64,000 nucleotides of DNA from Spirochaetia bacterium (GCA_963675665.1 OY776510.1:3776001-3840000), one strand, 5' to 3'. Counted from the stretch's first letter, positions 49,074-58,445 are shown. Notes: a model not told the origin generated them from the sequence alone. Translations and numbers: made by a program.

Positions 49074-49109
49074 CGTCTAATCTGCTGAACATATGTTCAT
49101 TTTTCAGCT

Positions 49110-49973
49110 TCAGGCAGTTTGCATTTCAACATATGCCTCGAGGTATTTGCTTCTGGATGGGTGCCTTAACCTGGCGAGGGCTTTTTTCTCTATCTGGCGT
49201 ATTCTTTCCTTTGTCAGATTATATTTATCGCCTATCTCTTTGAGCGACATCGGAGCTTTTCCGTTAAGTCCGAACCGCATATTGATTATATCCGCTTCTT
49301 TGTCACTGAGGGTAGCAAGAATCGAGTTAATATCTTTCCTCAGAGAGTTTGCAACTGCGGCCTCTTCGGGGCTGGTATAATCTTCATCCTCAATAAAGTC
49401 TCCAAGCTGTGAAGAATCACGTTCTTCATAAACCGGAGTTTCAAGCGAGATGTGTTCCCGTGAAACATTAAGAAGGTTTGAAACATGGTCTTTATCCATG
49501 TTTACCGCCCAGGCTATATCCTCCAGATCCGGATTCTCACCTTTGTCAGAAAGAAGTTCCTTTTTTGCCTTCTCAATCTGAACAAGCTCATTAGCCCTGT
49601 TCAAAGGAAGCCGTATCATTCTTGACTTCTCGCATATAGCTTTAAGAATTGCCTGCCGTATCCACCAGACCGCATACGAAATGAAATGATAACCTTTATC
49701 AACATCATATCTTTCGATCGCATTCATAAGGCCTATATTACCTTCATTAATAAGGTCAGACAGAGGCAGTCCCTGATTCTGATATTTTTTCGCCACATTT
49801 ACAACAAACCGCAGGTTTGCTTTGACAATCGCGTCTATTGCATATTTTTCACCCTTTGCAGCCCGTCTTGCATAATCATCTTCTTCTTCCCGGGTCAGCA
49901 ACGGAATCCTGTTTATTTCTTTGAGGTAAATGGAAAGAACATTCTCATCTTCATATCTTTTAGTATTAGCCAT
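49110..49973 (-). CDS. RpoD/RpoS-type alternative sigma-70 factor lacking region 1.1
   Basis: YLKEINRIPLL, ANLRFVVNVAKKY, FISYAVWWIRQAI, LTKERIRQIEKKAL; 287 aa. Confidence 0.9.
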   Translation of the reverse strand: MANTKRYEDENVLSIYLKEINRIPLLTREEEDDYARRAAKGEKYAIDAIVKANLRFVVNVAKKYQNQGLPLSDLINEGNIGLMNAIERYDVDKGYHFISYAVWWIRQAILKAICEKSRMIRLPLNRANELVQIEKAKKELLSDKGENPDLEDIAWAVNMDKDHVSNLLNVSREHISLETPVYEERDSSQLGDFIEDEDYTSPEEAAVANSLRKDINSILATLSDKEADIINMRFGLNGKAPMSLKEIGDKYNLTKERIRQIEKKALARLRHPSRSKYLEAYVEMQTA

Positions 49974-49996
49974 ATTCTTCCTCCTGTATATACATA

Positions 49997-50012
49997 CGCA
50001 GGAAACATGCCA
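49997..50012 (-). promoter_or_regulatory. Sigma54 promoter of the alternative sigma factor gene
   Basis: TGGCATGTTTCCTGCG, exact GG-N10-GC spacing, just upstream of the AGGAGG SD. Confidence 0.7.
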
Positions 50013-50147
50013 AAAACCGTAAAATACAGAATGTTTATAATTTCTTATAGTGTAATGAATTACTTAAGCCATTATTTTTATATGATTTTTAAATATTTAC
50101 AAGTGGGTCAGAATGCCCCTATGATTTTTTTCATCTTCCTATATGGG

Positions 50148-50810
50148 TCAAAACAGCCCATTTTTAAGCTCATCAATAGATTTTATGCGTCCGCAGCACC
50201 ACATATACGGCAGTCCGCTTCCGCACGCACATAGATCATTGCCGAAATCAACATATCTGATATTCTCCGGTTTATTTTCGGTTAGGTCAGGAACAGTCAA
50301 AGAAGGGAAAAAAATAACAAATTCCCTGAATTTTGCAATTTTCTCCCTGGTATTCAGTTCTGAAAAATCATTTCTGTCACAGCAGTCTTTCCAGGCATCA
50401 GACACAAGTTCGAAAATCATATCTCTCTCTGCAAGAGTGCCGAAACGACCGGATTTCTTGGTGTACAGATATCTCATTACATGTATTGCCGTAAAAGCCG
50501 CCTCATCATCAAGTTTTTTATCAGATTTGGCCGGCATTCCATATTCATTAAGAAGACAGTTGAGCATATTTTTTGTGTGAGGTTCTTCGATTCCCATCTT
50601 GACAGCGGCAATCATATTCTTAACTGCAATACCCCGCATTCCAAGACCGAAAAAAGATCTTCCTATTTCAAAAATAATATTCCCGGCAATAGACGAATCA
50701 CTGTCAGGACACCCTTCGAGAGCAGCCTCAAGCAGTTTAACAGCCTGTTCGTAGTTTTCACAGCTGTTCTGATCTTTTCCCTGTTGAAAATAAATCTTCC
50801 AATCTTCCAT
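50148..50810 (-). CDS. TPR-like protein with C-terminal SEC-C motif
   Basis: NDLCACGSGLPYMWCCG; start at ATG 50810 behind AAGGA. Confidence 0.75.
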   Translation of the reverse strand: MEDWKIYFQQGKDQNSCENYEQAVKLLEAALEGCPDSDSSIAGNIIFEIGRSFFGLGMRGIAVKNMIAAVKMGIEEPHTKNMLNCLLNEYGMPAKSDKKLDDEAAFTAIHVMRYLYTKKSGRFGTLAERDMIFELVSDAWKDCCDRNDFSELNTREKIAKFREFVIFFPSLTVPDLTENKPENIRYVDFGNDLCACGSGLPYMWCCGRIKSIDELKNGLF

Positions 50811-50999
50811 GCTTCGTTTTCCTTTATATAATCTACAAAAAAACTGCCGGAGGGGCAAATAAAAACTTAATGTAAATTGAACACATTTATTTATGATTTT
50901 AATCTTTTTTACTTGACGATAATTTCAATCCTCCGTATATTTTTTTTAAACATTATGAAATAATTCTTAATCTCATTAAGATTCAGGAGGACAGGAAAT

Positions 51000-51266
51000 A
51001 TGAAGATTAAACCTCTCGCAGACAGAGTGCTTATCAAGGTTGAGTCGGAAGAAACACAGAAAGTTGGCAGTCTCTTTATTCCGCAGACAGCCCAGGAAAA
51101 AACTAACACCGGTGTGGTTGCTGAAATCGGAGATGACAAAGACGTCATTACCGTAAAAGTCGGCGACAAGGTTATGTTTGACAAATATGCCGGAACAAAA
51201 CTTGAAGCAGACGGCAGCGAATATCTGCTTGTAAGAATAGCAGACGTACTAGCCATTGTAGAATAA
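51000..51266 (+). CDS. groES: Co-chaperonin GroES (monocistronic)
   Basis: KPLADRV, VKVGDKV, KYAGT; TTGACG-N17-TATATT promoter at 50913-50941. Confidence 0.95.
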   Translation: MKIKPLADRVLIKVESEETQKVGSLFIPQTAQEKTNTGVVAEIGDDKDVITVKVGDKVMFDKYAGTKLEADGSEYLLVRIADVLAIVE

Positions 51267-51289
51267 ATTATCAAAAATCATTATGGCAG

Positions 51290-51325
51290 GGCCGTTTCGG
51301 ATTTATCCGATAACGGTCTTTTTTT
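51290..51325 (+). terminator. groES terminator
   Basis: GGCCGTT-TCGGA...TCCGA-tAACGGTC followed by a T tract. Confidence 0.7.
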
Positions 51326-51373
51326 ATTCTCATTTTTTTAATTTAAAGAAAGTAATCGTTCCGGCCTTTTATC

Positions 51374-53836
51374 TCAACCGATAAAAAGATAATTTTCAGC
51401 ATCTCGCAAAATTCCCTCTGCAGGTTTAATGCTTCTGGCTGTATCCGGAAGTGAATTTATAAAGATTCTGCCGTATGCTTTTCTCACTATTCGTGAGTCC
51501 AGTACGGCAACAACACCCGAATCAGTACCGCGACGCATCAGGCGGCCGAACCCCTGCTTCAGCCTTATAACAGCTTCCGGAAGCATGTATTCCATAAACT
51601 GGTTGCCTCCGCGCTGTTCAACTGCTTCCATACGTGCTGCAATAACAGGATCCGTCGGTACCATAAACGGTAATTTACAGATTATTACCACCTTAAGCGT
51701 GTCTCCGGGACTGTCGATTCCCTCCCAGAACGAAGAGGTTGCAAAAAGGACGCTGGCGGTATCGGTTTTGAAACGCTCGAGCAGTCTTGTCCGGTCGTCA
51801 TCACCCTGCTTGAGCGCCGTTATCCCCAGCTCATCGAGCCTTGGTTTCAGCACGTCGAAGGTTTCCGTCAGCATTTTATATGAAGTAAAAAGCACAAGGG
51901 CCCGTCCTTCTGAAAGCTCAATCAGCCGGATTGAAAAATCCTGTACAAATTCCTGGTAGGCTTCGGTATTCGGCTCCGGGGCATCTTCGGGCAGGCCGAG
52001 CAAAACCCTCTCCTTGTAAGGGAAAGGAGATTTAAAGATTGATGCGCCTACTTCCCTATCCTCAAAGCCGTTCAGACCTACCCTGGCCGACCAGAAACGA
52101 AAATCCCGGTTAACCGACAGCGTCGCCGAAGTGCATACTACGGTTTCATATGGAGTAAAAACTGATTCCCGCATCATCCCTGATATATCAAGGGGTGTAA
52201 TCACAAAGCGCGCGAAAGACTCTCCGGAACTGCTTCTGCTTTTTTCTACCCAGAAAATATCCCCCTTTTTTTCTTCCCAGAGTGTAAACGACTGACAGAT
52301 CGAAGCAAAGACTTCCAGCCTGCGCTCCAGCATTCTCACCTCGTATACAACAGGAAGTTCCAGGTCTTTTTCATCAAGACGCCTCACAATATTCTCTACT
52401 GAATGCAGACAGTCCAGTATGCGCTTTTGAAGCTCGATCATTGCGGGAAAAATCCTGTCTTTAAAAAACTCCGATGTTTCTTCCTTTAACCGGAGATTTA
52501 TTCCGTTATCCGGAAGTTCCACAGCAATCTTATCAAGCAGCTGTGCCTGCTCCTTTATACCGTCGACAAGTCCCGGAATACATTCGTCCTCTTCCACCGC
52601 CCCGGCTTCAATTTGCAGATTGATAACCGCTCCGAATTTCCTGGCGCCCCTGCGGGTATAAAGCCTGTTAACCTGTTTCAGCACGGCGAATATATTCAAT
52701 TCCCTGGAAAAAAAGCTTGTGGCGCTCGATTCCATGTTGTGGGCTTCATCAAATACAATCCGGGTAAAAGGCGGAAGCACAACCGAGTTGTCAAAACCGG
52801 CGCCTTCAAGCCTCATGGCAAGATCGGAAAAAAGCAGATGATGATTAACTACAAGAAGCTGGGCCGAGGCTGCTTCCTTTTTGGATTTCAAAACAAAGCA
52901 TTTTTCACGATATTTACAGCGAAGGCCAAGACATGAATCGCCTTCGGAATTAACCTTGCTCCAGAGCCCTCCGGTCGGCATGAAAGAAATATCGTCCCTG
53001 GTTCCGGTTGAAGTTGTTTCGGCCCATTTGCTGATTGAATCAAGTTCCCCGCTATCCTCATCAAACAGTGTCTGCTCATCAATTGCGGTCGCAAGCCGCC
53101 GGAGGCAAATATAGTTGCCGCGGCCTTTCACAAGCACGGTTTTACAGTTTTTTGCAGATTCGTTAACCGTCTCCAGTATTTTTTTTGCAAGCGGAATATC
53201 CTTGTCTATAAGCTGATGCTGCAGATTGATGGTGGCAGTTGAAACAATCACTCTTTCATCATTGTTCGCAGCCCAGTTGAGGGCCGGAAGAAGATAAGCC
53301 ATGGACTTGCCTACTCCGGTGCCGGCCTCGGCAACACAGATTCTGCTTTTATTAAAGCTCTCTGCAATCCGCTCGAGCATCGCCACCTGGGACGGCCGAT
53401 ATTCATAATAGCCGCCGGTTTCCATTGCCTGCGCAAGCGCGCCCCCGGGTTCAAGAAGGGCCGTCAGCTCTTCAACTTCCAGAAGCCTCTTCTCTTTTAC
53501 GGTTACCGGCTCAACAACCGCGTATACGCGTTTTACCTCGTTATCAACGATAAAAAAACCGATTCCGTGTTCTCCGAGCCTGCCGGCAACCTGCATGTCG
53601 GCCGCCGAGGGTTTGAGCACCCCGCCCGGATGATTATGAATAACTACATCGCCTTTTTCCATATGCCCGGCAACCGCAGGTACAGCTGCTTCGTCCCCCC
53701 GGGCGGCAACTTCAGCCTCTGCCACTATACCGTCCGTAACCTTTCCCCACGCCATAACCTCATTCCCGTCGGAATCGATTATTGCCCCGCGAAGCTTTTC
53801 AATTACGGCCTGTGACAGTTTTTCAGCTGCATCCAT
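51374..53836 (-). CDS. dinG: DinG/YoaA family helicase with N-terminal JAB/MPN-like domain
   Basis: IHNHPGG...PSAAD (JAB); EAGTGVGKS, KGRGNYIC, DEAH, SAT, QGFGRLMR; start taken at ATG 53836. Confidence 0.88.
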   Translation of the reverse strand: MDAAEKLSQAVIEKLRGAIIDSDGNEVMAWGKVTDGIVAEAEVAARGDEAAVPAVAGHMEKGDVVIHNHPGGVLKPSAADMQVAGRLGEHGIGFFIVDNEVKRVYAVVEPVTVKEKRLLEVEELTALLEPGGALAQAMETGGYYEYRPSQVAMLERIAESFNKSRICVAEAGTGVGKSMAYLLPALNWAANNDERVIVSTATINLQHQLIDKDIPLAKKILETVNESAKNCKTVLVKGRGNYICLRRLATAIDEQTLFDEDSGELDSISKWAETTSTGTRDDISFMPTGGLWSKVNSEGDSCLGLRCKYREKCFVLKSKKEAASAQLLVVNHHLLFSDLAMRLEGAGFDNSVVLPPFTRIVFDEAHNMESSATSFFSRELNIFAVLKQVNRLYTRRGARKFGAVINLQIEAGAVEEDECIPGLVDGIKEQAQLLDKIAVELPDNGINLRLKEETSEFFKDRIFPAMIELQKRILDCLHSVENIVRRLDEKDLELPVVYEVRMLERRLEVFASICQSFTLWEEKKGDIFWVEKSRSSSGESFARFVITPLDISGMMRESVFTPYETVVCTSATLSVNRDFRFWSARVGLNGFEDREVGASIFKSPFPYKERVLLGLPEDAPEPNTEAYQEFVQDFSIRLIELSEGRALVLFTSYKMLTETFDVLKPRLDELGITALKQGDDDRTRLLERFKTDTASVLFATSSFWEGIDSPGDTLKVVIICKLPFMVPTDPVIAARMEAVEQRGGNQFMEYMLPEAVIRLKQGFGRLMRRGTDSGVVAVLDSRIVRKAYGRIFINSLPDTARSIKPAEGILRDAENYLFIG

Positions 53837-53933
53837 GCGGCTATTATTCAATTTAATCAGTCCGCTGTCAAAGGGTTTTTCCATCTTGACTATATATGCA
53901 AGTCATGATAGAAAAGAGCATAATTTTTCCGGG

Positions 53934-54101
53934 TCAATAGAGGCGCGGACGTCATCAGTAGTCTGCCGAGAAATCGGGCATTTCAGTGAAGCAGAAACGA
54001 AAGGGGTCGTCCGCCGAAGAAACAGGCAAACCCGAAAGCCGTTTTCTGGGCTCAGTGGATAATATCCCTGAGACTGTCACTTAAAAGTGGAGAGCTATTG
54101 A
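53934..54101 (+). ncRNA. Lysine riboswitch (L-box)
   Basis: P1 TCAATAG/CTATTGA; conserved AGAGGCGC, GAAAGG, GCCGAA, CTGGG, ACTGTC, GGAGAGCT; upstream of aspartate kinase. Confidence 0.92.
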
Positions 54102-54317
54102 ACTGCAGAGTCTTGAAGGCCCAGCCTTCGGCGCTGCTTTGCAGGCAGTTTTTCCATTCTTTAGACTATGGATTCGGAGTCATTGAAGCAATCGTAAATA
54201 ATTGCTTTCGAAGTGTTTTGACATCGAGCCATAGAACGTTTGTTTTACCGCTTTCAGTCAGAATACTTCATCTCACAAACCACCTTTCAAGACGTAAGGT
54301 TTTATAGGAGACTAAAA

Positions 54318-55655
54318 ATGATAGTGATGAAGTTCGGCGGAACATCCGTCCAGAACACAGAGATGATCGACTGTGCAATCAGAATAGCGGAAAAACAACT
54401 GGACAGGTCGCCGCTTCTGATTTCATCCGCAATGGGCAAAACTACAGACAAACTGGTTGCAATTTCGCAGGCCGCTGTTGCAGGCGACACCGAGCTTGCT
54501 TTTTCAATCTACAACGAGATAAAAGCCAATCATTTCATGGCAATAAACGGTTTTCTGTCGGGCGCCAATCTTCAGTTTGCCACGGAACGGGCCGAGGCTC
54601 TTTTTGAGGAACTGGCCTCGCTTACAAAAGGATTATCGATGCTCAGGGAATGCAGTCCACGCAGCACAGATGCCGTTCTATCTTTCGGCGAACTGCTTTC
54701 AACAATTATTATCGCTGCAAGGGCAAGAGAACTTGGAATTAACTGCACTCTTCTCGACTCGCGAAAACTTGTAAAAACTGATGACAACTTCACGGCTGCC
54801 GTGCCTCTTATGGATAAAACCGGCGAACTTATCCGCGGGGCGGTAACTCCGGCTCCCGGCAAGCTGTATGTTGCACAGGGTTTTATCGCAACAAATCTGG
54901 ACGGCGCTACAACGACCCTCGGCCGCGGCGGCTCGGACTATACGGCTACAATTTACGGTTCGTCGCTTGACGCTGAAGAAGTGCAGATATGGACTGACGT
55001 AAACGGAATAATGACTTCAGATCCGCGGATTATAAGCGATGCCAGAACGATCGAAACAGTCAGTTATGACGAAGCTGCCGAGCTTGCATTTTTCGGCGCA
55101 AAGGTTGTTCATCCTTCGACAATAGTTCCGGCAGTAGATCGCGAAATACCGGTTCTTGTAAAAAGTACCAGGGACCCTGACGGAGTATTCACCACAATTG
55201 CCCCGTCTTCCGGCAAAACCGGACTTAAGGCTATCTCAACCAAAAAGAATATAACCTTAATCGAAATTAAAACGGGCAGAATGGTAAATGCCTACGGTTT
55301 TCTGGCAAAGATATTCTCGGTATTCGAAAAACATCAGACTTCGGTTGATATTGTAACAACATCTGAGGTTTCTGTTTCAATGACGATTGAGAACCAGTCC
55401 AAACTGCATGCAATAATAGAAGATCTTAACCACTTCGGACGAGTTTCGGTTGAAGATGATAAAAGCATTGTCTGTCTTGTAGGACAGGACCTGTGGCAGG
55501 ATTCAACAGTAATCTCAAAGCTCTTTCAAACACTGGAAGGCATGCCGATCAGAATGATATCGCTTGGGGCTTCCCGAATCAATTTAACACTGGTGGTACC
55601 GGAATCTCATTGCGATGAAGCGCTGAAGCGTATTCACACAGAGTTTTTTAAGTAG
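54318..55655 (+). CDS. lysC: Aspartate kinase (lysine-sensitive type)
   Basis: KFGGTSV, SFGELLS, TLGRGGSDYTA, WTDVNG, FGAKVVHP, ACT domains; AGGAG SD before ATG 54318. Confidence 0.95.
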   Translation: MIVMKFGGTSVQNTEMIDCAIRIAEKQLDRSPLLISSAMGKTTDKLVAISQAAVAGDTELAFSIYNEIKANHFMAINGFLSGANLQFATERAEALFEELASLTKGLSMLRECSPRSTDAVLSFGELLSTIIIAARARELGINCTLLDSRKLVKTDDNFTAAVPLMDKTGELIRGAVTPAPGKLYVAQGFIATNLDGATTTLGRGGSDYTATIYGSSLDAEEVQIWTDVNGIMTSDPRIISDARTIETVSYDEAAELAFFGAKVVHPSTIVPAVDREIPVLVKSTRDPDGVFTTIAPSSGKTGLKAISTKKNITLIEIKTGRMVNAYGFLAKIFSVFEKHQTSVDIVTTSEVSVSMTIENQSKLHAIIEDLNHFGRVSVEDDKSIVCLVGQDLWQDSTVISKLFQTLEGMPIRMISLGASRINLTLVVPESHCDEALKRIHTEFFK

Positions 55656-55661
55656 AGCAAA

Positions 55662-55706
55662 CAAGCAAGCCTGAACTTTACGGATGCATCCGGTTCAGGC
55701 TTGTTT
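55662..55706. terminator. Bidirectional terminator between convergent genes
   Basis: CAAGCCTGAAC...GTTCAGGCTTG inverted repeat. Confidence 0.65.
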
Positions 55707-56394
55707 ACTGAATTATCTCTTCTGTTTCCGGGACAATGCTGACCTTCGGTTTTACTGAAACCGGACGCAACTTTCGGTACAGAATAAAACCGGAAATAAC
55801 CGGCAGCCCGGCGGTTATCAGAACCATAGGAAGCGTATATGAGAGCCTCCAGAACATCGATCCCGCCGCCGTTATAAAAGGAATTGCCAGACAGATTGTA
55901 AAGAACAGGATTCGCAGTATCCCCCTGTGCTTTAAACCTTCGGAAAACAACAGGCTAAATGCTGCAATAACACCTATTCTCTGTACGGGAACAACCAGCA
56001 GAAGATGCGAACTATACCAGCCGTATCCTATTATCATGTCGTTGATGCTCCAGAAACAGTAGAATCCGCACATAAACGCAAACATTCTGTTTACTGCATG
56101 ATGATGGGATTCAAAATCGGTAAAGCCGAATACAAGCAGGTATCCTGCTACAGCCAGGCCGAATTGCAGCAGGCTGTCATGAAACAGGTAGTACAGATAT
56201 ACTCCCGATACGGTATATTCAGGTTTTATAAAAATCAGTCTTATTATGTTATATATTATTAAAGCCGCAATAAAACATATAAAACCGTATGCAAAAGGTT
56301 TATAACTGTCGTCTATTCTGCCGTGCAGATCCGATACAAGACTGTCCATTGCAAGATAAAACAGAGGTACCGCGGTCAATAAAAAGATAATCAT
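55705..56394 (-). CDS. Hypothetical integral membrane protein
   Basis: 229-aa ORF with about 7 hydrophobic segments. Confidence 0.7.
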   Translation of the reverse strand: MIIFLLTAVPLFYLAMDSLVSDLHGRIDDSYKPFAYGFICFIAALIIYNIIRLIFIKPEYTVSGVYLYYLFHDSLLQFGLAVAGYLLVFGFTDFESHHHAVNRMFAFMCGFYCFWSINDMIIGYGWYSSHLLLVVPVQRIGVIAAFSLLFSEGLKHRGILRILFFTICLAIPFITAAGSMFWRLSYTLPMVLITAGLPVISGFILYRKLRPVSVKPKVSIVPETEEIIQ

Positions 56395-56443
56395 AACAGC
56401 AGATTATCATAGAGAACTTTATTCATCAAGTAAACTGTATAAG

Positions 56444-56604
56444 CATCAGCAATTCTCAATATGGCTGCGATCAAATGAAGACACAGCCCTTGCTGACCCC
56501 TGCACTGATGAAAAACTTGAGCAGAAACCTGCTATGTTTTCCGTCAGCACAGGGGCCCCCAGCTGCGGCACATAACTGCAGCCATATTGAGTAATACTGA
56601 CTGC
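56444..56604. ncRNA. Unassigned structured RNA candidate (long irregular hairpin with central bubble)
   Basis: 14-bp perfect closing stem 56455-56468/56578-56591 plus nested stems CCCCTG/CAGGGG, CTGATG/CGTCAG, AAAAC/GTTTT, AGCAG/CTGCT. Confidence 0.4.
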
Positions 56605-56775
56605 CCGGAAGCGTGATTTTGTACTAATAAATGTAAGGGAAAGAGAATTATAATAATCTTTCAGGGATTCTATAATTATTCAAACGCTTCCGGAGCTAAT
56701 AATTATAATTGCTGTATAAGCATTATCAGCACTGTAAAAAAAACAATACAAAGCGGAAATGCCGGTCAAACCCCT

Positions 56776-56804
56776 TTGACTCTTTTTACAAGTGGTGCTA
56801 TATT
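56776..56804 (+). promoter_or_regulatory. Sigma70 promoter of infC-rpmI-rplT
   Basis: TTGACT-N17-TATATT with TG at the extended -10 position. Confidence 0.65.
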
Positions 56805-56842
56805 AGCTTAATCTTTTTGGCTTCAATAAATAAGGAGGAATG

Positions 56843-57361
56843 TTGGCTTCAAAAGAAATGCGGATTAACGAAAAAATTCGCTTGAAAGAGGTAAGACTGA
56901 TCGATGACGCCGGGAACCAGCACGGAGTTATTGCGTTTGACGATGCCCTCAATATGGCGAAAGAAGCCGGTTTGGATCTGGTTGAGGTAGCCCCGCAGGC
57001 AAATCCCCCGGTTTGTAAGATTCTTGATTACGGCAAGTACAAATTTGAGCAGGAAAAAAAGCTCAAAGAGTCTAAAAAGAAACAGAAACTTGTCAAAATT
57101 AAAGAAATTCGTATGCAGCCCAAGATTGAGAAACACGATCTTGAGTTTAAAGCCAAGCATGTTAAAACATTCCTGGAAGAAGGCAATAAGGTTAAGGTAA
57201 CAGTTCGCTTCAGGGGACGGGAGCTGGCTCATACCGAACTGGGAAAAGTTGTTCTGGAGAAAGTAATGGAAGCTATCGACGGAACATTTAATCTCGACAG
57301 ACCTCCTCAGATGGAAGGCAGGTTCATGTCCATGATTCTTAGCCCGAAAAATAAGAATTAA
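56843..57361 (+). CDS. infC: Translation initiation factor IF-3
   Basis: [30 protein letters not shown]; TTG 56843 fits the AGGAGG spacing better than ATG 56840. Confidence 0.96.
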   Translation: MASKEMRINEKIRLKEVRLIDDAGNQHGVIAFDDALNMAKEAGLDLVEVAPQANPPVCKILDYGKYKFEQEKKLKESKKKQKLVKIKEIRMQPKIEKHDLEFKAKHVKTFLEEGNKVKVTVRFRGRELAHTELGKVVLEKVMEAIDGTFNLDRPPQMEGRFMSMILSPKNKN

Positions 57362-57377
57362 TTATAAGAGGATTACT

Positions 57378-57575
57378 ATGCCTAAGATGAAAACAAGAAA
57401 AGCCGCCTCAAAGCGTTACTCTTTCACCGGAACAGGTAAGGTTAAATACAAGAAACAGGGATTGAGGCACATTCTTACAAAAAAAAGCACAAAGAGAAAA
57501 AGAAACCTGAGAAAATCGGGTATTCTCAGTGAAGCAGAAACAGCAAAAGTAAAAAAACTGTTGCCTTACGGTTAA
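57378..57575 (+). CDS. rpmI: 50S ribosomal protein L35
   Basis: [22 protein letters not shown]...[16 protein letters not shown]. Confidence 0.97.
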   Translation: MPKMKTRKAASKRYSFTGTGKVKYKKQGLRHILTKKSTKRKRNLRKSGILSEAETAKVKKLLPYG

Positions 57576-57618
57576 CCTGACGGTTACCACAGGTTAATTT
57601 TCTATAGGAGACTGAATA

Positions 57619-57978
57619 ATGCCCAGAGCAGTTGACGGCACAAGACGAGCCGAAAGAAGAAAGAAGATATTAAAAGACGCTAAAGGTTTTTACGGAAGAA
57701 GAAGTACAAACTTCCGTGCTGCAAAAGATGCAATCGCAAAAGCCGGTGTTTATGCATACAGAGACAGAAAAAGAAAGAAAAGGGAATTCAGAAGACTCTG
57801 GATTACCAGGATTTCAGCAGGATGCAAACAGAACGGAATGAATTATTCCCAATTTATGTACGGCCTTTCAAAGACAGGAATTGAGCTTAACAGAAAGGCT
57901 CTTTCAAATATGGCTATTGAGGATCCCAAAGCTTTTTCAGCGCTTATTGAAAAATCAAAAGCAGCTATCGGAGCATAA
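57619..57978 (+). CDS. rplT: 50S ribosomal protein L20
   Basis: AKGFYGRR, AYRDRKRKKREFRRLWITRI, LNRKALS. Confidence 0.97.
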   Translation: MPRAVDGTRRAERRKKILKDAKGFYGRRSTNFRAAKDAIAKAGVYAYRDRKRKKREFRRLWITRISAGCKQNGMNYSQFMYGLSKTGIELNRKALSNMAIEDPKAFSALIEKSKAAIGA

Positions 57979-57981
57979 TAT

Positions 57982-58443
57982 ATGTTAACAGTCGAGCAGG
58001 TGCGTAATCTTGATAATAAAGTGCGTAAAGCGCTTGATTTGATCGGCAATCTGAAAAGTGAAAACAGCATGCTTAAAGGCAAGCTCGACGAATATAAACA
58101 GCGTATTGATCAGCTTGAAGCCGTTGTAGACGGTTTCAAGCTTGAACAGCTTGAAATTGAGGAAGGCATCAAGGACGTTTTAACCCAGCTTGATATGCTT
58201 GAGGACCAGATAACGGCCCCTGCGCCCTCCTTAACTGAAAGCGGCACAAAATCTGAATACACAGAGGCGTTGCCTGTCTCTGATTCATCTGAAAAATCTT
58301 CAACAGAATCGGAGTCCCATGTTTCTCCGGCTATTCCGGCACATGTTTCAGAATCTGAGCAGAACAAATTTTCCGGATTATCCGGCAACACTTCCAAACC
58401 GGAGCCGGTGGAGCAGCAACCGCCTGAACTGGAAATCTTTTAA
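57982..58443 (+). CDS. zapB: ZapB-like coiled-coil cell division protein with low-complexity tail
   Basis: LDNKVRKALDLIGNLKSENSML coiled coil; directly upstream of zapA. Confidence 0.7.
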   Translation: MLTVEQVRNLDNKVRKALDLIGNLKSENSMLKGKLDEYKQRIDQLEAVVDGFKLEQLEIEEGIKDVLTQLDMLEDQITAPAPSLTESGTKSEYTEALPVSDSSEKSSTESESHVSPAIPAHVSESEQNKFSGLSGNTSKPEPVEQQPPELEIF

Positions 58444-58445
58444 TT

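Noticed and set aside
51000-51266. groES without groEL
   Set aside because: Separation of groES and groEL is already known in spirochaetes; no CIRCE element is visible either
56505-56528. CTGATGA...GAAA hammerhead-like core
   Set aside because: No stem II between the core segments, and CTGATG pairs with CGTCAG in the hairpin instead
56475-56594. 39-aa ORF (MKTQPLL...) as a possible type I toxin
   Set aside because: No SD, no hydrophobic TM helix, buried within the hairpin
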